From positions 1 through 45,086 of IMG/VR virus record IMGVR_UViG_3300037991_004194: a DNA stretch of 45,086 nucleotides. One strand, 5' to 3'. Each line of letters opens with the position of its first letter. The first letter of the stretch is position 1. Source of the stretch: a virus (Duplodnaviria; Caudoviricetes). The notes under the pieces are model-generated. The model was not told the origin of the DNA. It was given only the letters and a program-made list of their open reading frames with translations, and made no database searches. A program made the position numbers and the translations under genes. Below, piece by piece: positions 8,209 to 17,886 of this stretch.

Positions 8209-9305
8209 AGGCCAATTGATGAGCCTCTATTCCTAGTTCTTTAATATTGTTATTAGCAATAATTAGCCACCTACGCGCTATTACTGCCGCAGTGCTTTGT
8301 AATAAGTAGTTGAGAGTTTTGTGTTTTGAATCCAAAAGAACTCGCCGACCGTCAATTGATCGTAGAAAACCTCTTTTAAATGCTGATTCACAGGCGGCAA
8401 GTAACTTGTCAAGACCAGGGATAGCTTGAATAAATGCAGCTTTAATGTCCGCACCTTTTTTTGCTGCTTCGTCATCTGATAGTGAGGAATCAAATGATTG
8501 CCCGATTTTGAGATTCGACGCACCATATAAGAAGCTGTATTGGACAACTTTACATTGGGATCTTGAAATCCCAAGCTTGTCCGCATTGACTTGATGAATG
8601 TCATCATTGAGTAAAGTATCTGCATAAGTTGTGTCGTAACGGCTTAACCAATGAGCGAGGCAGCGCAGCTCAATAGCAGATAAGTCAGCGCCAACAAGTG
8701 TGTAACTGGGGCTCGCGATAAATAGTTTTCGAAACTTTGAATCGCTTGGCACTTGAGATATATTAATTTTTTTATGGACACATCTGTAGGTGTTGGTAGC
8801 AGTTGAACAGTGGTGGTGAATACGACTAGATGTCGTACATAGCTTCAGCCAGGCGTTTACGCCGTGCGACATCATTCCAAGTGTCTTCTTGATCGTCAGT
8901 GCCCGCGCAAACTCCGCAGCTATCGGAATAGATAGGGACGCAAGAACAACTTCGTCGATTACGGGTTTCTTGGTTTTCGTAGACTTTTTCTCCGCTTCCC
9001 AGCCGTAGTGCTCTTTTAATATCCATGCTATGTGGTCTCTTGAGGTTACATTCAATGCTGTTATTCTTGTGAACTCGCACCCCTTGATATATCCTCTTGA
9101 TTTATCATTTCGGCTTGGAGTGAAAGTACTTGTTGGCACGTAAGCGTGCCGCTGTTGAAGTACTCGACTAATTTGTCGAAGTTCTTCTTCGAGAGACGAT
9201 GCAAGTTCCCATGCAGCATCTTCATCAAATTGCCATCCATAACTTTCTTGTTTTTGTAAGATTTGTGCGGCTTGGTGCTCCATTTCTACGAACGGAGGAA
9301 TTTTG
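8048..9305 (-). CDS. gp5: Family A DNA polymerase, polymerase domain (in the -1 frame relative to the exo part)
   Basis: Motif A DLSAIELR, motif B KVVQYSFLYG (Tyr at the ddNTP-discriminating position as in T7), motif C VHDE. Confidence 0.93.
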
Positions 9306-9828
9306 TCTCGAAGTGATTCCATAGTTTGGTGGTGACTATGATGTCTTGTTCGCAGTAATCTTCCATTTCCTGACTCCATTCTTTCCAATCAGTGTCTTTA
9401 CCAAAGTTTCCTTTGTAGACACCAAGTCTGTAACCGTAGGACTCAAGACTATGCCGACCAAACAAGTTGATAGGCATTAGATTCCATTTTTTAGCTTGAT
9501 CAACCTTGAGTATGTTTGGGTGATACAGCCTGCTACATAGCAGAGTATCAACTACGTGTTTATAAGTGAACCACGGGTAAATTTTTTCAATAATTGGGAT
9601 GTCAAAGTAAATCACATTGTGTCCAATTATGGAGTCTGCATCAGCAAGCATTTCTATGCCCCTGACTATTGGTTCTTGATTCCCCTGATCATTAAAAGTG
9701 TAAGACTTGTTTGCATCTAAGTCATGAATACATAGACAATGGATTTTGGTGAAATCATGTAGGAGACCGTCAGTCTCTAGATCGAAGATTAAGTTCACTA
9801 CCTGCCCATTGGTAAGTTTTATCGACAA
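9286..9828 (-). CDS. gp5: Family A DNA polymerase, 3'-5' exonuclease domain
   Basis: Exo I FDLETDG, Exo II GHNVIYFD, HSLESYGYRLG and Exo III YCEQD. Confidence 0.93.
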   Translation of the reverse strand: MSIKLTNGQVVNLIFDLETDGLLHDFTKIHCLCIHDLDANKSYTFNDQGNQEPIVRGIEMLADADSIIGHNVIYFDIPIIEKIYPWFTYKHVVDTLLCSRLYHPNILKVDQAKKWNLMPINLFGRHSLESYGYRLGVYKGNFGKDTDWKEWSQEMEDYCEQDIIVTTKLWNHFETKFLRS

Positions 9829-9848
9829 ACTGTGCTCGTTTAATAGCT

Positions 9849-11432
9849 TCAGAAGTCGGGGGGTTCGGTTTCTTGAGAGAAGTAATCTGCTGCGTTTGTT
9901 TCATAGAATTTACATTTATTTAGGTCGTATTCGAGCGTTCCAGCTGGGCCAGTCTCCCCTGAATAACGATTTTTAATGAGTCGCAGAGTCGTAGCATTTC
10001 CAGCAGACTCGCTCTGTTGATCTCGTTCAATGGCAATGACCATATCTGAGAGTTGAGCAATCGCTGCTGATCCACGCAACTGTCCGAGATTGACCTTTGC
10101 TCCTTCTTCATGGTTTTGATCCGTTTGTGTTCGTCTTAAATGCGATACTAAAAACATTGATACTTGTGTTCTTTCGACAAGGGACCGTAGCCGGGTCATT
10201 GTCTTGTCGATTTGACGGCGTTCATCACCATCTAAACCTGAAATAAGGATGGAGAGATGATCAACAAAGATGACTCTGCAATCAAGACCAGTTGCTAGAT
10301 ATTCAACCCTGTTGTAAATAACATCAGGATCTACACTACCGAACCCGTCATAGAGAAATAGATTCCAGCGACCAATAGAATTATCAAAAGCTTTTGCAAG
10401 TTCTTTTCTGTCGTGTTTGCCTATGTGGTAAGCCTTCTCTGCATTGACAGACATCAAGCCAAGGGCTGTTCGTCTATTTGACTCTTCCAATGCGAGATAC
10501 CCAACCCGTTCGCCTTTGTTGAGAAGGTGACATGCAAGCTGACGGCAGAAGGTGCTCTTTCCAATGCCAGTACCTGCAGTAATCGTACAAAGCTCTCCAA
10601 GTCTGATCCCGTGAGTTCGTTCTTGGAGTCTTTCGAATGGATAGTCGTGCAGGCTACTGTCTGTTTGGTTAGTGACGTCTTCATAGAGAGTTTTTGCATC
10701 AATGATTCCATCAGGTTGATAAGGATTTGCTTTATGTATTGCTTGTTTCACTGACTCAAAGTCATTGTCCTGCAACGCCTCTGAAGCATCTTTGTAAGTC
10801 GGTAAATGAGCTACAAAGGTTTTACCTGGTGGAAGCACTGATGCAGCATCTTTGACAGCTTGCTGACCAGCATCGTCGCCATCAAAGAATAAGACGATTT
10901 TTTCGTAGCCTTGTAGAAACTCTAGGTTTTGCTGGATGGATCGTTTAGCGGCTGCCGCGCCACTAGGAAGTGAGACCATTGGCCATCGTGGCATCGCCTC
11001 CGCACCAGACGCTGCGTCGAGTTCACCTTCAAAAATGACAATTGTTTTCCCGTGACTGGGATACAAGTTTTGTCCAAAGAATCGGCCATCGGTCGCACCT
11101 TCATAACGAAACTGTTTGTTTTTTGTTTTAGTTTTTACACCAATCACCCGACCACCTTCATCGAAGTAATGAAAGCGGAGGCTTTCACCATCCATGTAGA
11201 TTTTGTACAACTCACATGTTTGTTGTGAGATGTTTCTTTTAGGAAGCCTTGTTGCTGCACCTTTTAGCTGTACGTTAGTAAAGCTGGTCATTGGCCCATC
11301 ATCTGATGATCTGGTGTGGTAATTACATGCAAAGCAGTGTGTATGACCATCTGAGTACAATGAATTAGCATCAGATGATCCACAATGTTCGCATGGTAGA
11401 TGTCTGACAAACTCGCTATCTAGGTCAGCCAT
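9849..11432 (-). CDS. gp4: Primase-helicase (T7 gp4-like)
   Basis: Zn finger CxxCGSSD...CxxC, TOPRIM EGELD and FDGD, Walker A AGTGIGKS, LRGS.AIAQLSD, KNRYSGETG. Confidence 0.97.
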   Translation of the reverse strand: MADLDSEFVRHLPCEHCGSSDANSLYSDGHTHCFACNYHTRSSDDGPMTSFTNVQLKGAATRLPKRNISQQTCELYKIYMDGESLRFHYFDEGGRVIGVKTKTKNKQFRYEGATDGRFFGQNLYPSHGKTIVIFEGELDAASGAEAMPRWPMVSLPSGAAAAKRSIQQNLEFLQGYEKIVLFFDGDDAGQQAVKDAASVLPPGKTFVAHLPTYKDASEALQDNDFESVKQAIHKANPYQPDGIIDAKTLYEDVTNQTDSSLHDYPFERLQERTHGIRLGELCTITAGTGIGKSTFCRQLACHLLNKGERVGYLALEESNRRTALGLMSVNAEKAYHIGKHDRKELAKAFDNSIGRWNLFLYDGFGSVDPDVIYNRVEYLATGLDCRVIFVDHLSILISGLDGDERRQIDKTMTRLRSLVERTQVSMFLVSHLRRTQTDQNHEEGAKVNLGQLRGSAAIAQLSDMVIAIERDQQSESAGNATTLRLIKNRYSGETGPAGTLEYDLNKCKFYETNAADYFSQETEPPDF

Positions 11433-11773
11433 TCAACAGGAATGTCATAGTAGGAACAATATTGAATGTTGTGTTTCTCACACCAGGAGGCATACGTAGA
11501 TTTAGAACCTTTGTATAACTTTTGATATGGTTTTTGAAACACCATGCGGATGTCTAGATCAGGGTTGTCTTTAATCACAGCAAGCATCTTGCGGCGATCT
11601 TTTGAACTGAAGTAGCCTTTAGCTTCAAGGTGGATGCCATTGGCTAGTACAAAGTCGGGTGAATACTGACATTGCAATGTGTAAGGAACGCGGGTTGACT
11701 CGTATTCGTAAATGACGCCAATTGTGTCTAATGTCTCAGCAACTCGCTCCTCAAGACCGGAGCGGTATGTCAT
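11420..11773 (-). CDS. gp3: Endonuclease I / Holliday junction resolvase (T7 gp3-like)
   Basis: YRSGLEE...YSPDFVL...EAKG...DIRMVFQ. Confidence 0.95.
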   Translation of the reverse strand: MTYRSGLEERVAETLDTIGVIYEYESTRVPYTLQCQYSPDFVLANGIHLEAKGYFSSKDRRKMLAVIKDNPDLDIRMVFQKPYQKLYKGSKSTYASWCEKHNIQYCSYYDIPVEWLT

Positions 11774-12342
11774 TAGAAATCCTCAGCTCCTTCACTAGGC
11801 TCATTAGTTTCAACATATTTAACGTTCGGGTCATCAATACTGAAACCCTCTGATTCACCAAACAATGCAGCTGCAGATTCCTCACTGAGATTGCCAGAAT
11901 CAGACATACCATTAGCTGCAATGCTGATGATCTGAATTGCCTTGATTCTCAATGCTGTACCTACACTGTCAGGCAGTGAATATGGCCTCTGTTGGAATGC
12001 AATCTTGCATGTTGATCCACTGTAAAGAGGCAGGTTGCCTGTGACTGGTGCCCCTTTCGAGTCAACAATCGGAACTACTACATCTGGATTCCAACTAAAT
12101 TTTACTTTAAACTTACCTTCAGCAACTTCTTCCCAAGGTTCCAAGCGTACGTTCACACGTTTTGTCTTAGCCTTACTTTTCGCCCAATTAAGCATTTCAG
12201 GCCGTTCATTAGTCAGTGCATCAATATGTTCACCATCCATCACAATCTGCATAGAATGCTTATTGAACTTGTTAGGTTCAAAGATGGATTGATAGCCATC
12301 AAGGATGACTGGATTTGTCGTAACGTAGGTGGTGTAAGCCAT
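11773..12342 (-). CDS. gp2.5: ssDNA-binding protein (T7 gp2.5-like)
   Basis: Position between RNAP and endonuclease; YSGS..K motif; acidic tail ending in Phe. Confidence 0.85.
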   Translation of the reverse strand: MAYTTYVTTNPVILDGYQSIFEPNKFNKHSMQIVMDGEHIDALTNERPEMLNWAKSKAKTKRVNVRLEPWEEVAEGKFKVKFSWNPDVVVPIVDSKGAPVTGNLPLYSGSTCKIAFQQRPYSLPDSVGTALRIKAIQIISIAANGMSDSGNLSEESAAALFGESEGFSIDDPNVKYVETNEPSEGAEDF

Positions 12343-12343
12343 A

Positions 12344-14677
12344 TTAACAAAAGAAATAGGTGGAGTTTGTAACCGTTTTTGGGTCTAAATCACCAACAAT
12401 TGGTGGGTCTGTCTCAGCCCCAATTTGCTTAGCGAAATCCGTTAGGAAATCATTTTCAGCGAACAGGTGTCTGTAAGTTTCACGAATCATCGTGTTGAGA
12501 CTGGACATATCTGTTGCACGACATAACACTGAATCGTGTATGAGTGCAATGGGTGCGTCAAACTTGAGTGCTGTTAAATGTAAAATTGACGCATCAAGCG
12601 AATGAATAAGGTTTGGACTTGTGGCATTCTTGTGGTGTCGGATGTCAGGCTGATCAGTTTCTTCTCCAAGGGTGTATTGGAATCTATTTCCATACAATTG
12701 AGTTTCAATTCTTTGCCCTCCTTTGTATTTATTGAGTTTTTGTTTAACTATAAAACCTGATGGTGTTACCCATTCAAGTTCTGTAACGCCACGTTTAAAT
12801 GCATTACCAACTTCTTTTTCAATCCAAGCCATTACAGCCATTGGACCTGGAACTTTTTCATACATTGCATTTCTAACAGCTTTTACAACATCAGTTAAAA
12901 CTTTTGGTTCTATCTCAATGTTGTGTTCCCTCAAAGCTTCTCGTATGTATTGACGATTGCTGTGAGGTTTGGCGTTGTACGGCAAGGTCATCACACATCT
13001 TTTCACTGATTTTCTATTCCATACATGATGGAACTCAACAGGAATTTGTGGTTTTGATGTTTCTGCTATTACTGCATAAGCATCTTGCACTGTGTCTGAT
13101 GGTGTTACATTGACAAGCTTTGCTGCACTTTTATCTCGTGCAAGACCAGCTAGCACTTGAATGCCACTGCATGTTGCATCTACCGCAACTGGTAAATGTG
13201 TGAACTGTCTTGTGCATTCAATGACACAAGCGTTGTATTCTTCACATGCAGCTAGGAATTGGAATGGTTCGTCTGCTACTTCCCAATCAGCTATACGTCC
13301 GATTGGATCAATAGCTATTCTATGGATTAAAGATTCATTGTCTTTCGCCCATTGCATTCTCTCTTGCATTGTGGATTTATCAAGACCAAAGCAAGTTGAT
13401 ACTTGAAACGCTAGCCATTCTTCTGCCTCTGGTGTGACATAGCTGCCCTCATAAAATTGAAGAAGTGATTTACCAAAGTCAGTACATTGTGGCGTCAGAA
13501 AACTAGGGATTGGGTAAGCTCTACCTCTGTAACAAAATGACCACGGAATGTAAAATTTCTCTTCATCACGAAACAACTTTAATGTTTCAAGCGTGATGCG
13601 AGTTCTTACTGTTTTTCTTAAGTAAGAGTAATGAGCATTTTCAACTTGTGCTCGTGTTCGACAGTATTCTTTTCTGGATTTTTCATTGGTTTCAATGTCA
13701 GCAGGTTTAGGTACAACTTGTACTTGTCTAACTGGTTTAAATTTGCCGATCTCAATCCCTTGTTCCCATAGCGTGTCAGATACCTCAGCTATAAACTGAT
13801 TGATTTTGTACGCAGTTTTCTGAATTTTGTTCAGGAACTGTACAGGCGTTTCCCCCTGTTTAAAAGAGGGGTTGGACCTGCGAACCAAACAGCAGTTTTT
13901 TGTCAGTTCATTTGTGTAGTAACCTCCAACGTAATCACTGGTCCAATCGTTAGGCTCTACTAACATTGGCAGCTTGATAGGTGAGAACAACTCTGCAAGC
14001 TCAAAAATCTCTTTTTGATGTTTGTAGAATGATTCTGATGGTATAAACGTGCTGTATTTCTTTGACTTCTTGATTTTAAACCAATCAGTAATCTCACAAA
14101 TAGCGTCAGCATACCAAGATCCAATCTTTATACGTGTCGCAGGGGGCCATGCTTTGAATGGTTCAACATCATCAACTCTGTTCCACAGCGTGCGTGTTGT
14201 ACCGATCTTTTGACCTGTACCCATTGCACTGTGCCAATAATTTTTGACAAGGCTGTTGAATAAACCAGGATGTGTCTTTCGATAATACCTGATTTGACAT
14301 TCATTTTGTATGGCTACACCAATTGAATCCGCGATGTTGATTATTGTCTTGTGTTTTTGTTTTCGTGAAAACACACAATCAATAAATAACTTCAAGGCAA
14401 TAAGACAAGCGGACTCTTTGTCAATGTTGTTGAGTAAATACTGTATCTCAGCATACATTTTGCCATTGTTTCTTGTCTTTATACGATGTTCAGTTTGCTC
14501 AAGATGTCCCACCAAAGCAGGCAAAAGATTATCAATAATACTATTTCCGTAAATACTTGCGCTTGCATAAGCTTGTTCCTCTAGTTTACGAGTTTGTTTT
14601 TGAAGCTTGTGTACACCTAGTTCAACTTGTTTTGTTTCAAGTTGTACTTGACGCTCAATTTGTGCTGGTGTAGGCAT
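12344..14677 (-). CDS. gp1: Single-subunit T7-like RNA polymerase (compact, 777 aa)
   Basis: YRGRAY, DATCSGIQ, RKSVKRCVMTLPY, PNLIHSLDA and IHDS motifs. Confidence 0.98.
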   Translation of the reverse strand: MPTPAQIERQVQLETKQVELGVHKLQKQTRKLEEQAYASASIYGNSIIDNLLPALVGHLEQTEHRIKTRNNGKMYAEIQYLLNNIDKESACLIALKLFIDCVFSRKQKHKTIINIADSIGVAIQNECQIRYYRKTHPGLFNSLVKNYWHSAMGTGQKIGTTRTLWNRVDDVEPFKAWPPATRIKIGSWYADAICEITDWFKIKKSKKYSTFIPSESFYKHQKEIFELAELFSPIKLPMLVEPNDWTSDYVGGYYTNELTKNCCLVRRSNPSFKQGETPVQFLNKIQKTAYKINQFIAEVSDTLWEQGIEIGKFKPVRQVQVVPKPADIETNEKSRKEYCRTRAQVENAHYSYLRKTVRTRITLETLKLFRDEEKFYIPWSFCYRGRAYPIPSFLTPQCTDFGKSLLQFYEGSYVTPEAEEWLAFQVSTCFGLDKSTMQERMQWAKDNESLIHRIAIDPIGRIADWEVADEPFQFLAACEEYNACVIECTRQFTHLPVAVDATCSGIQVLAGLARDKSAAKLVNVTPSDTVQDAYAVIAETSKPQIPVEFHHVWNRKSVKRCVMTLPYNAKPHSNRQYIREALREHNIEIEPKVLTDVVKAVRNAMYEKVPGPMAVMAWIEKEVGNAFKRGVTELEWVTPSGFIVKQKLNKYKGGQRIETQLYGNRFQYTLGEETDQPDIRHHKNATSPNLIHSLDASILHLTALKFDAPIALIHDSVLCRATDMSSLNTMIRETYRHLFAENDFLTDFAKQIGAETDPPIVGDLDPKTVTNSTYFFC

Positions 14678-14813
14678 CGTAGTTAAGGATAAGGTTGTAT
14701 TCGTCGCTGACTTGACTCACTAACAATTCAACTAATTCATGCTCATGCGGATGATCTACACAAGCATGTAAAGCTACCTCGAAGTATTCGAGTACATCTT
14801 CTTTTGTTTTCAT
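14655..14813 (-). CDS. Small acidic hypothetical protein, 52 aa
   Basis: MKTKEDVLEYFEVALHACVDHPHEHELVELLVSQVSDEY...; overlaps the RNAP start. Confidence 0.6.
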   Translation of the reverse strand: MKTKEDVLEYFEVALHACVDHPHEHELVELLVSQVSDEYNLILNYDAYTSTN

Positions 14814-15082
14814 TAATTGTACAAGCGGTTAATTAGTTGCCGTAGAACTTTGCCTCTAGTTTTACTAGCTCCCAAAGATAAAGTTCATGGTTTGGATCTA
14901 CATCTTCTGCCTCTTCACAGAGATAGTTGATGTATTGCTCGACTAAGCTAGTAGTTTCATCCATTCTGGTTGTCCCAGGTGTATGTACTCACGTGTTGTG
15001 TGTACGTTTAGAAGTTAGTCCTTGTGTAACGGAGCCGCCATCACATACCGCTTTCCCTTAACAATTAGCTTCATAAAACTTT

Positions 15083-15508
15083 TCATGGATAACCAACAAC
15101 GCCCGCATCTGTAGCAACAGAGAAAGTTACGTCAGGGTTCTTCATTAATGATTTAACTTTTCGTACGGCATGTCCACGGCTTTTGTATGCGTGTTCTCTG
15201 ATTTTTCCGGTGGTTTTATTTGTCACGCGGATTACTGAGTGGATGCCGGGCACTAATTCGTGGGAACAAACACGCCATTCGTAAAATTCGTCAAACGGTA
15301 GGTCATCAAACATGTCACTGTCGATGTCCATGATTACATCCAATTTGTTTGGGTAGTAATCTTTTGATGTCATTTTGATTGGCTCAACATCAATGAGTGT
15401 GTAATTCATCTGGTTGCTTACCTCCAAGCCGATATATCCTGCCTCCATGGCATCATCAGCAATGATAATAATTTCACCTTCGATACAAATAAGTTTAAAG
15501 TATTTCAT
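15083..15508 (-). CDS. Hypothetical early protein
   Basis: 141-aa ORF; internal MTSKDYYPN may be a second start. Confidence 0.7.
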   Translation of the reverse strand: MKYFKLICIEGEIIIIADDAMEAGYIGLEVSNQMNYTLIDVEPIKMTSKDYYPNKLDVIMDIDSDMFDDLPFDEFYEWRVCSHELVPGIHSVIRVTNKTTGKIREHAYKSRGHAVRKVKSLMKNPDVTFSVATDAGVVGYP

Positions 15509-15531
15509 AAGTAAAGGTAATTTATGGCATT

Positions 15532-15555
15532 AAAAAGGCCCACCTATGTGAGCCT
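15532..15555 (-). terminator. Rho-independent terminator after the integrase
   Basis: AGGCTCAC-ATAG-GTGGGCCT followed by TTTT on the minus strand. Confidence 0.75.
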
Positions 15556-15577
15556 GCGTCCTTGCGATGTCCTAACG
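15554..15577 (-). repeat. 24-bp early-region repeat, copy 1
   Basis: ctgcgtccttgcgatgtcctaacg, 22/24 identical to copy 3. Confidence 0.85.
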
Positions 15578-15579
15578 TT

Positions 15580-16791
15580 TTACATTAGTAACTCCATCAT
15601 GGGTAGTAGGGCTTCTGGCTTGATATCTCCATAGTCTGCTGTACTTGTGCCGTCTGATTTTCCATGGCCGTGGATTAGTTTGACTCGACGATCTTGGTCA
15701 CCAAACTTACTTTGAATAAGACCTGATCCATAATCTCGGCAATCTTTTGGACAAAGATTTACCTTGGTATAGTGATACCTTATGCTAGCTCCCCAATCCA
15801 AAGTAGGACGTTTCTTAAAAATTGACCCTTGCTTTATTGTTGATTGGTTGTACATGTCCATAAGTAATTGATAAAGAGGCTCGATAATTGGCAAAGTGCG
15901 TCCACGCTGTGTTGTCTTAAGTTCCCTTAGTTCATTAGCCTGAATCGATAAAGTACGATTGTTAAGATCTATATCTTCCCAAACTAGCCCTTCAATCTCA
16001 CCAATATGTCCAATTGTCCATCGCATACACCAATGGGTTCTGATATATGTGTCAAAGTATTTGTTCTTTTTGCCTAGTTTATTCAATGCAAAGTATGTAT
16101 CAGCTGGCAATATGTCAAGACATTTTTCTTCTTTAATGACGCCTCGTGGTCCTTTGTTGACCTTGATGCCCATTATCTTTCCTGTATCAAAATACAGCTC
16201 ATCGACAATTTTGTAAGCTTGTGCATACTTGTTGACAGTTTTTAGTCTGTTGTACTTTGTTTTGAAGCTGCTGTGTTTATTGCATGTTGATACAAGATAC
16301 TCAATGTACTTTTCTACTATTTCATGAGTAACAGTGCTAAAAGATTTGCATCCAGATTGTTCACTGAATAGCTTTAGTTCAGTCCTCCATCCTCTTACTG
16401 TAGACACGGATGGTGCTACCTTAAGTTTAATCCTGTCAATGACAATACCAAACTCATTGTCTACATTCTGCTCGGCTTTTGTTTTGATGAAACGGTGATC
16501 AATGACATCTAATGTGTCGATCATTTCGTTATCACCCATGTCGCTGACATATACATCACTGGCATTAACTACGTCTTGTAGACGTATCTCTAGTGATGGC
16601 TCATGCCTGCAAATCGTGATGATCTTGTCCGTTATTTCTAGGAGCCTCAAAACCTCCCTAGTTGCTTCCTCCTTGGTGTTACCTGCCTTGGCTGTCCAGA
16701 CACGTCCTAGGCGTCCTTGTAGAGCCTCTGGGACGGCTCTCTGGAAGTAGTAGCCATTGCGTCCCTGTCGTTCCTTTAGATACCGAGTCAT
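15580..16791 (-). CDS. int: Tyrosine recombinase/integrase with N-terminal DUF6538-like arm-binding domain
   Basis: YYFQRAVP N-terminus; EIEGLVWEDIDL, LKT..RGRTLPI, KDCR, HGH and C-terminal Tyr (ADYG). Confidence 0.85.
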   Translation of the reverse strand: MTRYLKERQGRNGYYFQRAVPEALQGRLGRVWTAKAGNTKEEATREVLRLLEITDKIITICRHEPSLEIRLQDVVNASDVYVSDMGDNEMIDTLDVIDHRFIKTKAEQNVDNEFGIVIDRIKLKVAPSVSTVRGWRTELKLFSEQSGCKSFSTVTHEIVEKYIEYLVSTCNKHSSFKTKYNRLKTVNKYAQAYKIVDELYFDTGKIMGIKVNKGPRGVIKEEKCLDILPADTYFALNKLGKKNKYFDTYIRTHWCMRWTIGHIGEIEGLVWEDIDLNNRTLSIQANELRELKTTQRGRTLPIIEPLYQLLMDMYNQSTIKQGSIFKKRPTLDWGASIRYHYTKVNLCPKDCRDYGSGLIQSKFGDQDRRVKLIHGHGKSDGTSTADYGDIKPEALLPMMELLM

Positions 16792-16822
16792 GTTGTACGG
16801 TGGATCGAGCTTGAATTGTTGG

Positions 16823-17017
16823 CTAGGCCCATTCCTAGGTCCAAAGCACGGCTGAGAAGCCTTGCTGTTAGTGGTCTATTCGGTTTTGCCTGTTTTTCAA
16901 GGTTCCAGAGATGAATCGTCGCAATAGTTGACATTGTTGAGAATCCTTGTGCTGGAGTGAGTTTGCGGCTGCGTCCTTGTTAAGTCGTAACGGATTCTAG
17001 GTCCAAGCCTAGGTCCA
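16823..17017. other. Candidate attP-like locus
   Basis: Two pairs of CTAGG(C/T)CCA direct repeats with 12-bp spacing (16823/16835 and 16997/17009) flank two TGAGAA(G/T)CCTTG repeats (16853, 16938), directly upstream of int. Confidence 0.55.
16969..16992 (-). repeat. 24-bp early-region repeat, copy 2
   Basis: ctgcgtccttgttaagtcgtaacg, 22/24 identical to copy 3. Confidence 0.85.
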
Positions 17018-17041
17018 CTGTTTGACAAATAAGCTCATTAT

Positions 17042-17239
17042 TTAATAGGTTGAAGCTATAGCCTCTGTGCTCATTCTGCGGCATAATTTAAACAAAACCT
17101 TTAATGGGTCTGCGTTCTTGTATCTACTTCCGTTTTCTGTATTGATACAGTAACGGAATGAAGCTGATTCGATAATGAATTGATCATTCTCAATCCATAT
17201 TTGTGGTAAAGGTTTCTTAGGTGTGGGTGCATCAATCAT
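17042..17239 (-). CDS. Hypothetical early protein
   Basis: 65-aa ORF coupled to the upstream gene (ATGA overlap). Confidence 0.65.
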   Translation of the reverse strand: MIDAPTPKKPLPQIWIENDQFIIESASFRYCINTENGSRYKNADPLKVLFKLCRRMSTEAIASTY

Positions 17240-17556
17240 CGTAAAATCATCTCCAATCTATGGGAAAGTTTTTCCCCATCATCTGTTAGTTCCAAATACA
17301 TCAACCGTGAAATGTAATCCTTTTGCAGTAGGTTCATGTCTACTAATCGTTGTATCGTTTGCGTACTTGTGGATGATGATAAACCTAGATCCACCTCTAT
17401 TTCTTTTTTGTAGCATCCATTATTAGCTGCTACATATAAAAATAGGGATGTTAGTTTTGCAGGCATTTCTCTTCCGTAAACCCGCATTAGTTCCTGACAA
17501 TGGAGTAGTTTTCCAATTGTTTTGTTTGTAGCTTCATCAATGAATGGACAAGTCAT
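17236..17556 (-). CDS. MarR-like winged-helix protein
   Basis: LFLYVAANNG..KKEIE..LGLSSSTST..IQRL....L....ELTDDGEKL. Confidence 0.75.
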   Translation of the reverse strand: MTCPFIDEATNKTIGKLLHCQELMRVYGREMPAKLTSLFLYVAANNGCYKKEIEVDLGLSSSTSTQTIQRLVDMNLLQKDYISRLMYLELTDDGEKLSHRLEMILR

Positions 17557-17558
17557 GA

Positions 17559-17834
17559 TTAACGAAGTTGAAATGTGTACGTGGAATAGTTACCATCAAG
17601 TAATTCATATGATGCAGGCCAATAGGATGGACATTTCATGAATGATTCATCATCAGCAACACCAACGCAGTTATATTTTTCCAAACCTGACCAAAACAAC
17701 ACATCTCCAATGTGTTTAATCTCATCATCATCGTAGCCTGTCCAATCGTCGTTAATAAGTGCTGATGCCCAATGTGTAGGCAACAGCCAGTCATCAAAAT
17801 GGACTTTTGGGTTGTTGATTTGAGTGGAAGTCAT
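17559..17834 (-). CDS. Hypothetical acidic early protein
   Basis: LPTHWASALINDDWTGYDDDE motif recalled from phage early genes. Confidence 0.75.
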   Translation of the reverse strand: MTSTQINNPKVHFDDWLLPTHWASALINDDWTGYDDDEIKHIGDVLFWSGLEKYNCVGVADDESFMKCPSYWPASYELLDGNYSTYTFQLR

Positions 17835-17886
17835 GATTCAGGGATGTTAATGGTGATTTGCGCCATGATTGGGGAATTGGTTGAGG

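Noticed and set aside
9286-9388. Intron or intein as the cause of the split DNA polymerase
   Set aside because: There is no intervening sequence; the two frames overlap directly.
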